Both the position numbers and the translations under genes were made by a program. Under the pieces are notes generated by a model, which saw only the letters and a program-made list of their open reading frames with translations, was not told where the DNA came from and ran no database searches. Positions 24,191 through 37,880 of a stretch of DNA of 64,000 nt are shown in pieces. Every line of letters starts with the position of its first letter. The stretch's first letter is position 1. The stretch comes from Carcharhinus amblyrhynchos (taxonomy: Eukaryota), in NCBI GenBank assembly GCA_965287045.1, contig OZ336885.1, positions 36,890,001 to 36,954,000 on the forward strand. Direction: 5' to 3'.

Positions 24191-24904
24191 TCAAAAATAA
24201 TGTGGATCGCTGCTGCCAGGCTCCCTCCCTCCGCGATCTGTTTCTGCCTCCCCTTGACCGACTGTGTCTATTTGGGTTATGCAGCTTGCCGGCAATATGT
24301 TATTGGAGTCCTGCCCTCAATATGGACTGGGTCTTCTGCCAGAGGAATTGGATGGCAAGCTGGCTGCTTCTTGATTAAAATCTCCCCGAGCCTTTCTTTC
24401 AATTCATAAAATTGATGCAAATTTGAACTGTGATTTTCTGTTGTTTGTCAATTCATAAACTGTTTGTTTTATGGGAAAGTTTCTCAGCTATGGAAAGCTA
24501 TTAGAATGCGTTATTGACATGAACTTGACCCCAAGTGACAACATTAAAGCAAACACAAATCAAAGAACCTCCAGCCTTTCAAAGCATCACAGAATAAAAA
24601 ACAGCCAGCATTGACTCGATTCATTTCTTACCTTACGCTGATCAGAACAAGTTGGAATATGTGCTGAAATCTTCTGAGAGAAGGCATTATGTCAGCAATG
24701 AATTACTTGGACAAAACAAACATTCAAGTGGTCATAGGAATTGACTTAGTTAAGGAGCAATGGTGAACCTTTTGAAATCAGCTCACACTCAGCGTGCAGT
24801 CATCCTTTGCCACATTATCCAAATATCAAAGTAGCATTCGCTTATTTATTCATTTTAATTCTGCTAGGAATTTTGCAACGCGTGACTCATCTCCTAACTC
24901 CCCA

Positions 24905-25435
24905 AAATCTGTCCACCACCTACAATGCAGAACTCAGGAATGTGATTGAACACTCTTCATTTTGCCTGGAAGCTCCGACAGCAATCGAGAAGCTTGACTC
25001 CACTCAACACAAAGCAGCCTGATAGATTGGCAGCCCGTCCACCACCAGAAACATTCACTTCCTCACCACCAGTGACAGTGGCTACAGATTGTACCATCTG
25101 CAAGATGCACTACAATAACTTTCACCACATGGCTTATTCGACAACACCTTCCAAGCCTACCTAGAAGAACAATAGCAAGCACATGGGGGCAGTATCACTT
25201 GCAAATACTTTTCAAGTAACACTAGATCCCGACTTGGAGCTAGATCACCCTTCCATCATCATAGTTGGGTCAGAATCCTGGAATTCCTTCCTGAGCAACA
25301 CGCTGAATGGACTTATACCACAAAACAGTATCACTTCAGCAAGGTCACCGCCACTTTCTCAAGTATAATTAAGGATGGGCAATAATGTCGGTTTTGTCCA
25401 TGACTCCCACATCATCCCATAAATTAATTAAAAAC
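24905..25435 (+). mobile_element. LINE-X ORF C-terminus and 3' end
   Basis: Translation TTYNAELRNVIEHSSFCLEAPTAIEKLDSTQHKAA (degenerate YKAQVRSVMEY...LDxIQxKA RT C-terminal motif). The 3' end is AGGATGGGCAATAA. Confidence 0.78.
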
Positions 25436-25602
25436 AAACTTGCATTTGTGTTATAATTCCAAAATAGTATAGGTCAGAAGGAATCAGGAAAAGTACAGAG
25501 TGAGAGATAGCAAAGAGGGACGATTCAGAGGCAAAAGTTAGGATCAAGTTCCATATTGTGGAAGCCAAGCTACCTGTAGCAACCTCAAGCTACCTGGCCA
25601 CA

Positions 25603-25955
25603 GAGGAAGTGATGACCTAATGGCATTATTATTAGACTATTAATCCAGAAACTCAGCTAATGTTCTGGGAATCCAGGTTCAAATTCCACTATGGCAGATG
25701 GTGGAATTTGAATTCAATATATAAAAAGGAATTATGAACCTACTGAAACCATTCTCAATGGTCTGAAAAACCCATTTCGTTGACTAATTTCCTTTAGGGG
25801 AGGAAATCTGCCATCCTCTCCTGGTCTGGACTATACGTGACTCCAGAGCCACAGCAATGTGGTTGACTCTCAACTGCCCTCCAACTAAGAATGGACAATA
25901 AATGCTGGTCAACCAGCGACACCCATGTCCTATGAATGAATGAATGAATGAAAAA
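25603..25955 (+). mobile_element. tRNA-derived SINE sharing its 3' tail with LINE-X
   Basis: A-box-like TGACCTAATGG and B box GGTTCAAATTCC. The tail is CAATAAATGCTGGTCAACCAGCGACACCCATGTCC followed by (TGAA)n. Confidence 0.8.
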
Positions 25956-27649
25956 GGACAGGCGGTCAGGACTCACAATAATGCAAGAAATGTGTTGGCA
26001 CATAGGACTAAAGGAAGTTGTGAACACATGAGAGGACAAGGCCATATAGGGATCTAGAAAGGAGAAAAATGTTTCAATTCACTGTGTTCAGATAAGAGGG
26101 CGATGGGAATTTTTGAGCAGTGGAGTCATAAGCAAACAGTTTGGACATAATGTGGGTGGTGCACTTAGCATGAGTTACCTATGTCATTGTCTCAGGTAAC
26201 CGGTGTTCTTGTCAGGAAAGAAGATCTTTAGATCTGTTTTCAAGGATCATCAAGTATTTGCAGTTCAGCTACACGGTTAAACTTCCAAATATTCTGCGGT
26301 CATTTCATTACATGCATGTGGTTTTCAATTGACCCACCCAAAAGACGAATACCTTTCACTTCATGAACATGCAGGAAGTTTGACACATCATTTTTCCACC
26401 CCCAATAGTTGTCTGAAAGTGCAAAGCTTCCTATTCTTCTCCTTCTATTGGCTCAGGATGGACCTCCTTCTGTTGGTGGTTCCAGTTAACTTGTGTGTAT
26501 GGTAATGACTAATTGAAAACTGACTTTTTTTCCTTTTTAAGCATTATTGTGGGCATGTGAGACAATTGCTGCATGATTTCCTGCCAGAATTTCTGCCATT
26601 TTAAAGCTGAATAAAGAAACTATTATTTGATCAAAAACCCACGTACAGATTTCAAGCAGTAAATAGGTACTTTTTATTTACTAATTTCAGATGGGTATGT
26701 GTGAGCTACTAAGATTTGCATGTTAAATGTTACAATATTTTCATTCTTATATCTTCTTACTGTTGATAGTAGGGCACAAGATCTGTGGTATAGATGAGAA
26801 TTATGTATGTTGCTTCTTGCAACCAAAATACACAAGCTACTCACCTCACAATCACAGTTCACACATCACTCTATCATTATTAGACTTGCTTCATTGCTCC
26901 ATTTATTCTCCTATACCACAGTTTGCTAACATTAAATTAACACATTTACTTTATATTTTTACACAATTAACTTGGCTCAAAATGTTGAAGTTTTAAATAA
27001 AGATGAATCTGGAATAAGTTGTGACCCATTTCAGAGCAGGCTTGAAGGGCCAAATTTGCCTGCTTCTGCTCCTAGGTTCCTACCTAGCAAAGCTTCTCTC
27101 TATGTGTGAAATCAGTCTAGTCACACACTAGCTTCCAGTAATCTTTAGAAATGCAGGGACAGAAGTAATATTTTCAAATTGTTATCAGGATGTGATTTTT
27201 TTTAAAGCTAGAAGATTGACCTCCTCTCAATATTGCGCCAGTGAATGGAAAAGCAGGCAGTTTGCAATGCTTAAGCCATTGCAATGGTTTCCTGAGCAAG
27301 GTATGAAACTGATACATATTGAGGTTGACAGAAAAGTACCCTTACTGAAAATTTTCAGTATGAATAGTAATAGATATTACGCATAAAAACCCCCTGAAAT
27401 CAATAATGCACAGTAGGCATGTGTAGGAATCATATGCTTCTGTGCATCCTAATGTGAAAAGAAATTGACAAATGTTACACTAATACATATTGGGAGGGGA
27501 AAATAAGTATACATTTGATGAAAATACGTTGAACAGCATAAATATACCGTAATAACTTAAGGTTCAAATACTTTCTTGAAAAGTAAGTGTGGGTCGATAA
27601 AGCCATAAAAAGGTCACATAGCATTTGAATTTGCTAAATAGAGGCACAG

Positions 27650-28520
27650 AGGGTTATTCTCCGGCCTCACTGAGTCTGGAATAGATCACACTGATCCCAG
27701 AGGATAGTGTGAGGACCTAAAAATCGGTTTCCTGCCTGGCACCAAACAGATTGCAATTCATCTGGCCTCGTTATAGTGCCATGAACCAGACTGCACTCAG
27801 AAAGGGCGCGAGGGTGATTAGCATATTTAAAGTGGCATTTAAATATGCATAGCCCGTTTGAATGTCAGCACACAGAATTCTCTGGTGTTTGGGCGCGGAA
27901 TAAGAATGGCGAGAATCACTGCTGATCTCCATTAGTGAAGACCTGGCATGATGATCATACACTAGGTCTCCACAATGAATTCGTTGGATAGTAGGTGGCA
28001 TGGCCAGGCAGTGCCCACCTGGCACAGGCTACCAGACAAACGTGCCGTAGCCACCAGACAGCTTGACATTGCCACTTGGGCACCGCCAGTGTGTCAGTTG
28101 GGCAGTGACAAGGGGATGGGGCCATGATGGAGAGGGGGTGAGGGATGTTGTGCAGGGTCTGACAGGGTGGGAGTGGTCATACAGAGGTGGATCATAAACC
28201 TGGTCATGATTTGGAGCATGTCGGGGGTTGGGCAGAGGGACCCATTGGGAGGTCCCGATGCCCTTGATCTTGTGACATGTGTCCGGGAGGGATTGGGGGA
28301 ACATGCCTCTGCTAACGGAGAGGCCCTGTTATCTATGGGGGTGTGAGGGGTCTCCTGGTATGCTGTGAGATTGGGGCACCCTTGTGAAAAAACACCTGAG
28401 TTCTCTGCAGCCGGGCTCACTGGCATATTTAGATGAGCACCGTCATAATGGCTCAGACCTCCCAACTATCCAAAAAAGTGATTGCGTGTGAGAGGATTGC
28501 GGTGTGGAGCGCAACTTAGA
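27650..28520. mobile_element. Unclassified GC-rich non-autonomous DNA-transposon-like remnant (Harbinger-like end)
   Basis: Begins GGGTTATTCTCCGGCC, resembling the MITE TIRs. It has a sharp GC shift and the internal quasi-palindrome GCATATTTAAAGTGGCATTTAAATATGC. Confidence 0.45.
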
Positions 28521-31067
28521 GACTAGGGCAGGTCACTCCTGTTTTGTCACGGTTATGACACTTGAAAATTTTAAGGGAGAATCCCTCCCACAGAGTACAA
28601 ATGTCAATGGTTTGTATAAACCATTGGTTAAGGTCACAGTTGGAGTGCCAGCTATAGAAAGGGCATTCGGGTTTTAAAAAACATTGGCCAGATGATGCCT
28701 TGCAGTTATGTGGAGAGTCTTGAGATACAGGAAGTATTTCAATTGGGAGCACAGAACTTAATGGGACAGCCAGAATAAATACAACATCAGATTGCATAAG
28801 GGGGATAATGTGGAGCTAAGTTTATATTCTATTTGCATTTACAGCTTGTTAAAACTGATTGTTTCGTGTTGGAATGATATGACCCTCGACAGTTAATTAT
28901 TAATTATTTGATTTGATAAATAATGAAAATCAATATGACAATCTCTTCAGACTTCTGTATCAGGTTGAGATGAATGTCATGTTTATTAGTCCCATTTGAC
29001 ATGAGTATCCTGGGAGGCTAAATTTCTATTCTGCATTCGTTGCAACCCAGCGCGTAGCTGCAACTCACCCGAGTCGCCAATTCACATAGCGGTGACGCTT
29101 GTACCACTAGGCCCTTGGCTGTAATTTTTTTTTAATCACATTTGTCCTTTCACCCATAAAAAATACTATTGATCACAAGTCCACACAATATACGACAAAC
29201 TGCACAGCCTGCTTTTGTGTTGCAAATGGATACTCGTGATAGAGTCCCATGTGTTGAAAATCTATGGTCTATTGACATTATACTGAATGGAATTTTGCAT
29301 TGCAAATGGTTACACAGCAATATTAATTTCCATCCTTGGCACAGTAGATTCTTTTCAACCCAATGAAATAACATTCCAAACATTGACAATGTTTTCACAT
29401 TTTAATAGCATCTATGTGTGAAATTTTAAGCAAGGGGTTTAGACAATACAGCACCAAAAATGTGAAATCCACCCCATGGCAAAAGTGCCTATTTGTGGTT
29501 TAAATGGGGCAGGTATAGGAGTTGTAGGGAGCAACCCATTCTTGAAAGGCAAGTTGGTGGTTACAATATATTGTGTGCCTCATATGTTAACGGCCTTTTA
29601 GATTTAATGACTGCAACTTGGATATCCTAGGGTTCGTCAAACCTAACTACTCAACTGAGATGAGAGGAGCTGAAGAGATTACCCCTACCCCTTGCATCCG
29701 AGACCCCAGTTCCTCAAACAGCCTCCCTCTGTATGAGCGATAAAACCAACATGATCTGATGCACCACTCCCCTACATCAGCCGGACCTCCAGGCTGCCCA
29801 CAATCTCAAGCCCCTTACCATGATTTCCCTCTCCACGATGCCCCTTCCTCTGTGGCTGCAACCTCCTAGCACAAGCCTACCCACTCTACAAACAGATAGT
29901 CTCTCAATCTGTCTGGTGGAGTAATAGAGGAAAAGAAGTTCAGAGAGGATCCTGTCAGTAAGTTCCTCAGGCCCATTATGTTGCTGCATTTCAAGGGTTC
30001 CCAGCCAGTGTAATATATCCACAACTGCCCCACCTCAGCTCCCTTCTTACCACCCCATAAAGATGTGTATTGTAGATTTGGTATTCCCCACCCTAACACT
30101 GAGGTTTTATATGTTACTATTTGACTACGAGACCATACAGCAATGCTGAACTCGTAGGTGGTGTTTGCATGCTTTCAGATACTCTGCGACATTTGTTACT
30201 GTGCGTCAGTTGCTGTGGTTTGAGAATTTTCCAGTACACGGGTAAAGAGCTGACAGTGCATTCACAAATTTTACTGAATACCTGCCTCACTATCATTGCC
30301 CTTGCTGGAAAGAACCATAGATACTAGAAGCAGGAATAGGCCATTCAGCCCTTTGAGGCTGCTCTGCCATTCATCTTGAACGTGGCTGCTCATCAAATTC
30401 AATATCCTGATCCCCCCCTTCCTGCAATTTTCCTTTGATTCCTTTAGCCCCAAAAGCTATATCTAATTTCTTCTTGAAATCAGACAATATCTTGGCCTCA
30501 ACTACTTTTTGTGGCAGTAAATTCCACACATTCACCACCCTCTGGGTTGAAAAAAGTTTTCCTCACCTCAGTTCTAAAAGGTTTATCGCTTATGCTCAAA
30601 CTATGATCTCTTGTTCTGCACTCCTCCCCTATTGGGAACATTCTTCCTGAATCTACCCTGTCTACCCCTGTTAGAATGTTATAAGTTTTTATGAGACCCT
30701 TCTCAATCTTCTAAACTCCAGTGAATGTAATGCTAACCGATTTTAGTCTCTCCTCATTCCAGGAATCAGCCCGGTAAATTTTTGTACTCTGTCTATAGCA
30801 AGGACATCCTTCCTCAGATAAGGACACCAAAACTGCACACAATACCCCAGATGTAGCCTCACCAACACCCTATATAATTGCAGTAAAACATCCCTATACT
30901 CAAATTCTCTTGCTATGAAGGCCAACATACCATTTGCCTTCTTTACTGCCTGCTGTACGCATGCACTTAGTTTCAGCGATTCATGCATGAGGATTCCAAG
31001 GTCTCATTGAGTATCCACCTCTTTCAATTTACACCCATTCAAGTAATAATCTTTATTCCTATTACTT

Positions 31068-31722
31068 TTTGTTATTCATTCGTGGGACATGGGTGTTGCT
31101 GACCAACATTTATTGCCTATCCTAGTTGCCCTTAAGAAGGTGGTGATGAGCTGCCTTCTTGAATCGCTGCAGTCCACGTGCTGTGGATTGATCCACAATG
31201 CCGTTAGGGAGGAAATTCCAGGATTTTGACCTAGCGACTGCGAAGGAATATATTTCCAAGTCAGGATGGTGAGTGGCTTGGAGGGGAACTTGCAGATGGT
31301 AGTATTCCCATGTATCTGCTACTTCTAGATGGAAGTGACTGTGGTTTTAGAAAGTGCTGTCTAAGGATCTTTGGTGAATTGCTGCAGTATATCTTGTAGA
31401 TAGTACACACTACTGCTACTGAGTGCAGTGGTGGAGGGTAAGGATGTTTGTAGATGTGGTGCCAATCAAACAGGCTGCTCTGTCCTGGATGATATCAAGC
31501 TTATTGAGTGTTGTTGGAGCTGCATCCATCCAGGCAAGTCAAGAGTATTCCAGCATACTCTTGACTTGTGCCTTACAGATGGTGGGTGGGCTTTGGGGAG
31601 TCAGGAGGTAAGTTACTCGCCACAGAATTCCTAACCTCTGACCTGCTCTTGTCACCACTGTGTTCATGTGGTGACTCCAGTTTAGTTTCTGGTCAATGGT
31701 AACCCCAAGAATGTTGACAGTT
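31068..31722 (-). mobile_element. LINE-X 3' fragment nested in CR1
   Basis: Longest copy of this family in the window. The minus strand encodes ICKAQVKSMLEYS*LAWMDAAPTTLNKLDIIQDRAA. Confidence 0.85.
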
Positions 31723-31974
31723 GGGGTCCCAGCACAGACCCCTGCAGAACGTCACTAGGCACTGACTGCCAATCAGAAAAAGACCATTTATGCCAATGTT
31801 TTGCTTCCTATTTGTTAACCAGCTTTCTATCCATCTCAACACATTACTTGCGATCCCATGTGCTTTAACTTTAAACAGTAGTCTGTTATGTGAGACCTTG
31901 TTGAAAGCCTTCTGGTTCTCCTCGGTCTACTCTACTAGTTACATCCTCAAAAAATTCCAATTGATTCATCAGAC

Positions 31975-32292
31975 ATCATCATAGAATCATAGAAACCCTA
32001 CAATGCAGAAAGAGGCCATTCAGCCCATCTCTACGCTGACCACAATCTTATTCCTGTCACCCCACATATGTACTCTGCTAATCCCCCTGACACTAAGGGG
32101 CAATTCAGCATGGCCAATCAATGTAACCCGCACATCTTCGGAGTGTGGGAGGAAACCGGACCACTGGGAGGAAGCCCACGCAGACATGGGGAGAATGCGC
32201 AAACTCCACACAGACAGTGACCTGAGGCCAGAACTGAACCCGGGTCCCTGGCGCTGTGAGGCAGCAGTGCTAACCATTGTGCCACCGTGCCG
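31975..32292 (-). mobile_element. HE1 V-SINE type A, full length, nested in CR1
   Basis: Head ACGGCACGGTGGCACAATGGTTAGC and tail (TTCTATGA)n on the minus strand. The CR1 sequence continues either side. Confidence 0.92.
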
Positions 32293-32937
32293 TCTCTTTT
32301 GTAAATCTATGCTGACTTTGTCTGATCATACCACTGTCTTCCAAATGCCGAGTTACAAAATCCTTGAAAACAGACTTGAGCATTTTTCCCCGTACTGACA
32401 TTAGGCTCACTAGTCTGTAGTTCCCTGTTTTCTCGCTACCTCCCTTTTTGAATAGCGGATTTATATTAGCTACCGTCCAATCTGTAGGAACTATTCCGGA
32501 GTTCAAAGAATTTTGGAAAATAACCACCAATGGATCCCCAGGGCACTGTGTTAAGTACTCTGGGATGAAGATAATTAGGACCTGGGGATTTATCCACTTT
32601 CAATCCCATTATCTTTCTCAAAACCATTTCTCTACTAATGCTGATTTCCTTGAGTTCCTCACTAAAATACGTTGTTCTCAGCACTCTGGTACATTATTCA
32701 TGCCTTTCTTTTTGAAGACTGAAGCAAAGTACAAATTTAATTCCTCAGCCATTTCTTTCTTCCCCATCATGAATTCTTCCATTTCTGACTGTAAGGAGCC
32801 TACATTTGTTTTTGTCAATCTTTTGACAAGAGTCAAAGGGTCATTTCCTTTATATGAATGCTGGCTGACATGTGGCATCAAAGCTTCTTTGTCCCTATAT
32901 TTACAGTTATTAATGATCAATGGAATCAGATCACACT

Positions 32938-33085
32938 CTGTTTAACATCTCATCTGAAAGGCAGCCCCTCTGACAGTGCAGCATTCCCTTAGTATGGCTC
33001 TCTGGAGTCAGCATTGAATAAGACCCCAGAGTGAGATTTTGGTCCCACAGACTTGTGACTCAGAGACGAGAGTGCGACTGCAGCG
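32938..33085 (-). mobile_element. DeuSINE 5' fragment
   Basis: Minus strand: CACTCTCGTCTCTGAGTCACAAG...ATACTAAGGGAATGCTGCACTGTCAGAGG...TTTCAGATGAGATGTTAAAC. Confidence 0.65.
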
Positions 33086-34427
33086 AGGCTCACACATCTC
33101 TGTTTCTCAGTTGTATATACTAATTGCTACATCCTGCTCTCAGAAGACTGTAATACACGTGAAAATTTCTGAAACCCTGAATGAAAACATCTAAGCTAAC
33201 ACGAGGTACATGAGGCAGAAATGAGGGAGATTGTGTGATGTATATGAAGGCAGATTTACTAATATGGCAAAAGTAGAATTACAGAATGGTTGAGGAACAG
33301 AAAGAAACCATTCAGTCAGCCCTGTTTCTCAAAAAGGGAAAACCTGGTAAAACTTGGACATGAAGAGCATCAGTAAAACTTGCCTGAACTGGTCTTTTAT
33401 ATCTCAGAGTGGAACGCCAGCATTACTGGTGCCAGTGTTCCTGATTTTTACTTGCAATTGAAAATTTTGACCTATGTCCCTCTTCTAATGTGTCCATGAG
33501 AATGGCACCCTTAGGCCTACTCACCTGCCTTTTCCTGCAACCCTGAAAATCTTTCCTCTTCAGATAATTGTCCTATTCTCTTTTGAAAACCACAACTGGA
33601 TCTGCCTCTACCATACTCTCAGGCAGTGCAGTCCAGATCCTGACAATCACTTTGCAAAAACATTTATTTCATTTCGCCATTGCCTCTTTAACCACTGTCG
33701 TTTGCAGCTCAGAGAAGAAATAGTTCCCTGCCTTTTTTTAAATAAGTCACTTGAGAACTCTGCAACTCTAAAGGATTTCGAACAGAAAAGTTGGTCACAT
33801 GTTTGCTAAATAACTAAATATTTATGTACCTGTCATAGCGAGCAGTCCGAAAGATCCCAGAAATCATATTGTTCAAGGTACAATTGCTGTGTAGCTACCA
33901 ATCTCAGATCCACCACCTGCTTGTGGTTTGGACTGTCTGATCCAGCAGAGAGTTCAGCATTAAGTGCTTACACACATGTGCAGAACCTCCATATCCATCA
34001 ATTAAATGTACTCTGCACATGGGCAACAGTATATGCACTCTCTAAACAAGCTCACATTGACATTACACAGATAAATCTTCCCTTGCAGCTTTTTCAGCAC
34101 AAATAATTGTATGTACAGACTGCACATTTGGAATTTGCCATGTGCATCCCCTAATTTCTATCTATTCATTTTAACGCAAAATTGTGGGCGTCACATGCAG
34201 GTCTGTAATCATACGTTGTCCTGGCGATGTGGAGTTCCATGTCGGGACTAGTCACAGATTAAAATAAACCCACCACATTCATAAGAACATCATTATGGTC
34301 TTGGATCCCAAAACAGTTTGATATCACAATGGAATCATCCTCCATGTGGTGTGAAACCCATGCAGTGAGATTGCCTACTCACTGACCTGTCACTATTCAT
34401 ATGTGCAGTCTGGCCACGTGCGACAGA

Positions 34428-34672
34428 GAATACTAGAATCCCCACAATGTAGAAGGAGGCCTCTCAGCCCACTGAGCCTGCATCGACAGGCCCTATATCC
34501 TTAACCCTTCACACCTACCCTGCTAATCCCCCTGACACTAATGGGCAATTTAGCATAGTCAATCAACTTAACCCACACATCTCTGAAGTGTGGGAAGAAA
34601 CTGGAGCACCAGGAGGAAATCCATGCAGACACAGGGAGAACGTACTTACTCCACACAGACAGTGACCCAAGG
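34428..34672 (-). mobile_element. HE1 V-SINE type A (head truncated)
   Basis: V-domain and type-A tail on the minus strand. Confidence 0.85.
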
Positions 34673-36984
34673 AATATATCAATCCATGACATCTTGGTCA
34701 ACACAAAAATTACCCTTTCAGTTTTTGTCTTGGTATATCTAATAATTCGAAAAAAGAATTGACCCAGTTACCTTAGATTTAAAATAACAAGAAAAACAGT
34801 AAAAGTAGACTTTTTTGTTTTTTCAAGCATATCTTTAGTGCTGTTCTCTGGACATCTCTGCTGCTGTGGTGCATATTTTCCATTTTCCACAAACCAGTTT
34901 GACATTCCATCAAGGAAATGGCAATTTTTTAAAAACTTTTTTTTAAAAAAATTGCAAATTGGAAAATATTTGCAATACAGCAAAGGTCATGTCCCTCCTC
35001 TTATAGCACCTGTAATACAATCGGTAGTTCAGTTTATTTTTGCAGCTGTCCAGGCCGTGAGAATTACCCATCATACAAAAAAAAATTGTCAAATGTTGTC
35101 ATCTTTGCAAGACTTCCGTAGATAGACTTCCAGAGCTGACCAACGTTATTTCATTCAGAGTTTTCACTGAATAAACAAAAAGCTAGATAAACTTATTACC
35201 TTTTTGGACACAGTAGCCGCTAATGACTCATAGTGAAATAAGGAGCAACTATGTGAGGCCTGTGGAATGTGGGTGGTATCAGGGAAAACATTCTATCACA
35301 TGGCAACTCCAGTACAACAACATTAACTTATCAATCATAGAGCAGGATACTAACAATAGACTGAACTAAATGGAGACTTTTTATGCCTGTGGTTGCTATT
35401 TGTTTTTTTTCCCCAGTAATCTCAACAGAACCCTTTCTTAAACTGGCAAGTAGATTACAAGTATCAGCACTCACTAAACAGAAATCCCAATATGATTTTC
35501 ATTAAAGAATAAAACACAAAAATTGCTGAATGTCAAATTCTGAGGGCTACCTGCAAACCAAACCCTCATTATTTTTTCTATAGTTGGTCCAGAGTTGAAG
35601 AAAATGATCAAAAGGTTTAAAGTTTGGCACTCCAATAAGTGAATAAGAAGTACAGCAGATAGCTGTGCACAGCAGTTTACAAGAGCTGTTTATAGAGGGG
35701 GGAAGTCTTGTTAAGCAATGCAACAAATTTCTGCAAAGTGCCCTTGTGTGTTTAATTTTTTCCAATAACTTTTGCCACTGTAAACCTTCTGTAGATCAGA
35801 CATTTTGGAGGCAAACAGCTGAAAATAGGAGTTTGTGGGGGGGTGGTGGGGAGTGGATCATGCCAGATTGGCAGAGCTTCTCATGTGGAAAAGAATGCTC
35901 TCAAAGGTCCCCCTACAGAATAAGAGAGAGTCAAGCCAGCAAGCTCGGCCAGAAATAACAAACAACGGCTTTCCCCATCCTTCCCGGGCAGTCAGCACCA
36001 GAATATTACAACGGTTGCCATAGAGCTTACTTTGCTATCATAACAAATTGGATATGTGCAGTTATAAAAGAGTGCACTGTATTTTGCAGACTTGAAAATT
36101 AAATTTTTGTTGTTTTGTCAGGGCTCCAGTTTATTTCTGTCTGGGTGCTATAGACAGGGACTCCCCGAGTTATAGCTGCAGTTTCCCTTCTCTCACTCAT
36201 AACAGGCCATTTTTACATCCTTTTTTTTTAAATGAAGAAATTCACACACTCCGAATGTAATCTGGTCTCAATTCGATGGTCAAAATTAGTCTACAATACA
36301 TTTTTTAAAAAGTATATCCCACATACTTTGCCTGAGTGGGCTGCAATTCAAAACTGTCAGGAATCAAATCTTCTCTACATACCTTATTAAAGTGTTCCAG
36401 CCTTTGGAAGAAGTCCCATGTAGTTTCTGTAAAAAAAACTCAGTTTCACTGGTGCAACCTAGTTTGGTAGGCCCTCAAATAAAAATGTAGTTGATTTTCA
36501 CAATTCTACAATAACCTTCATTACTGACTATCCTGACAATCATTTATCCATTATGACAAGGCTGGAATATCAAAAGGAGAACATCTTCGCAGCTAGCCCA
36601 CCTGGGCCAATAAAAGATAAGCTGTTTCTTTGGATGCTACCCATGACAATAATGCACATACTGGAACCTATGTAAAACAAACTGCAAGAGCAATACTTAG
36701 ATGTGTAAACTGGCCTTGATCGATTTAATATGCATGGGCTAGGCTGCGCTGATTTAACAGATACAATTAGATATGTTTGTCTGGATTAATTTCATTATTA
36801 AGTACACTGCACGCTAATATTTAGATAGATCAATTGTGAGATTAGCAAGAAAAACTCTTTCTGAATTTAAGTAGAAGGGCAACAATGCACAGAATTCAAT
36901 ACAACAAAAAAATACAGGGATTGCAAAAAAGCAACAGTGATTACAAAGGCTAGGTTGTGCCCATGTTGATAGTGTCATGTCTTA

Positions 36985-37880
36985 ATCATAGAAATAGAAG
37001 TAGACTATTAAGCCTCTCAATTCTGTTCCATCCAACTTTGAAATAATGATAGTTCTGCATGTGAACTCCATTCGCACATCTCAGCTCTGTGTCCCATTAA
37101 AACCATCATTCTCTGCTTTGGAAATTTCATTTGACCCAGCATTCACAATCTTTTGGGAGAATTCTGCTGGATTTCTGCTACACTTCATCTGAATGGGGTC
37201 CCTCGAAAGCACTCCTGTAAGGCCTAGTCCTAATCTTAAAAGCATATTCTATTATTCTGGATTCCCTCATCAGGAGGAATACCTTTCTTGATATCGACCC
37301 TATTAAATTTCTTTCTCATTTTAAAGATCTCAATTAGATTGTTCTCATCCATATATTTCTGGTATAATTCTGGGATTATCCCATCCAATTGGATTACTTT
37401 CAACCATATATTTCTGGTATAATGCTGGAATCTTTCCAATTTAACTAGACTGCTTCCAACCATATATTTCTGGTATAATTCTGGGGTGCAGTACCTGAAA
37501 CAGAATACTCTAGTCCAAATGGTTTCTTACCAAGGTTCCCTACAACATAGCCATAATTTCTTCACTCTTGTATTCCATCCTTTTATGAGGCAATGACCAA
37601 CATCATGTTAAATTTTTTGATTAAGTTTTGTACCTGTACATTAGTTTATTTAGTGATTTCTTTGCATGGGCATCTAAATACTTTTGCTCCTCCACAGCTC
37701 CTAGTCACTCTTTAAAAATTAATCCAATTTGTTTATCCTCAGATCAAAAATGCAGGGTTTCACACACACCCCTCCCCTCCCACTACTGACCTTCTTTCGC
37801 CACCATTTTTCCATTCACTTAATCCATATCCCTTTCTGCAATTTATCCACAGATTGCAGCATCTCTTAACTCAGTGTCAG
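36985..37880 (-). mobile_element. Old CR1 LINE 3' fragment with an internal ~55-bp triplication
   Basis: NLIEIFKMRKKFNRVDIKK motif and a CR1 3'UTR at 36985-37100. Repeats start at 37349, 37404 and 37460. Confidence 0.75.

Larger units (their letters stand above)
30310..32930 (-). mobile_element. Decayed CR1 LINE with nested LINE-X and HE1 insertions
   Basis: Minus-strand ORFs EELNLYFASVF, LKVDKSPGPNYLHPRVL, GNYRLVSL and KANGMLAFIAR..GYCVQFWCPYLRKD. The CR1 3'UTR is at ~30310-30460. Confidence 0.92.

Noticed and set aside
37349-37485. Three 25-bp direct repeats (CCATATATTTCTGGTATAAT(T/G)CTGG) with ~30-bp gaps, superficially CRISPR-like
   Set aside because: The two spacers align with each other, so this is a degenerate ~55-bp tandem triplication inside an old CR1. 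The context is eukaryotic and there are no cas genes.
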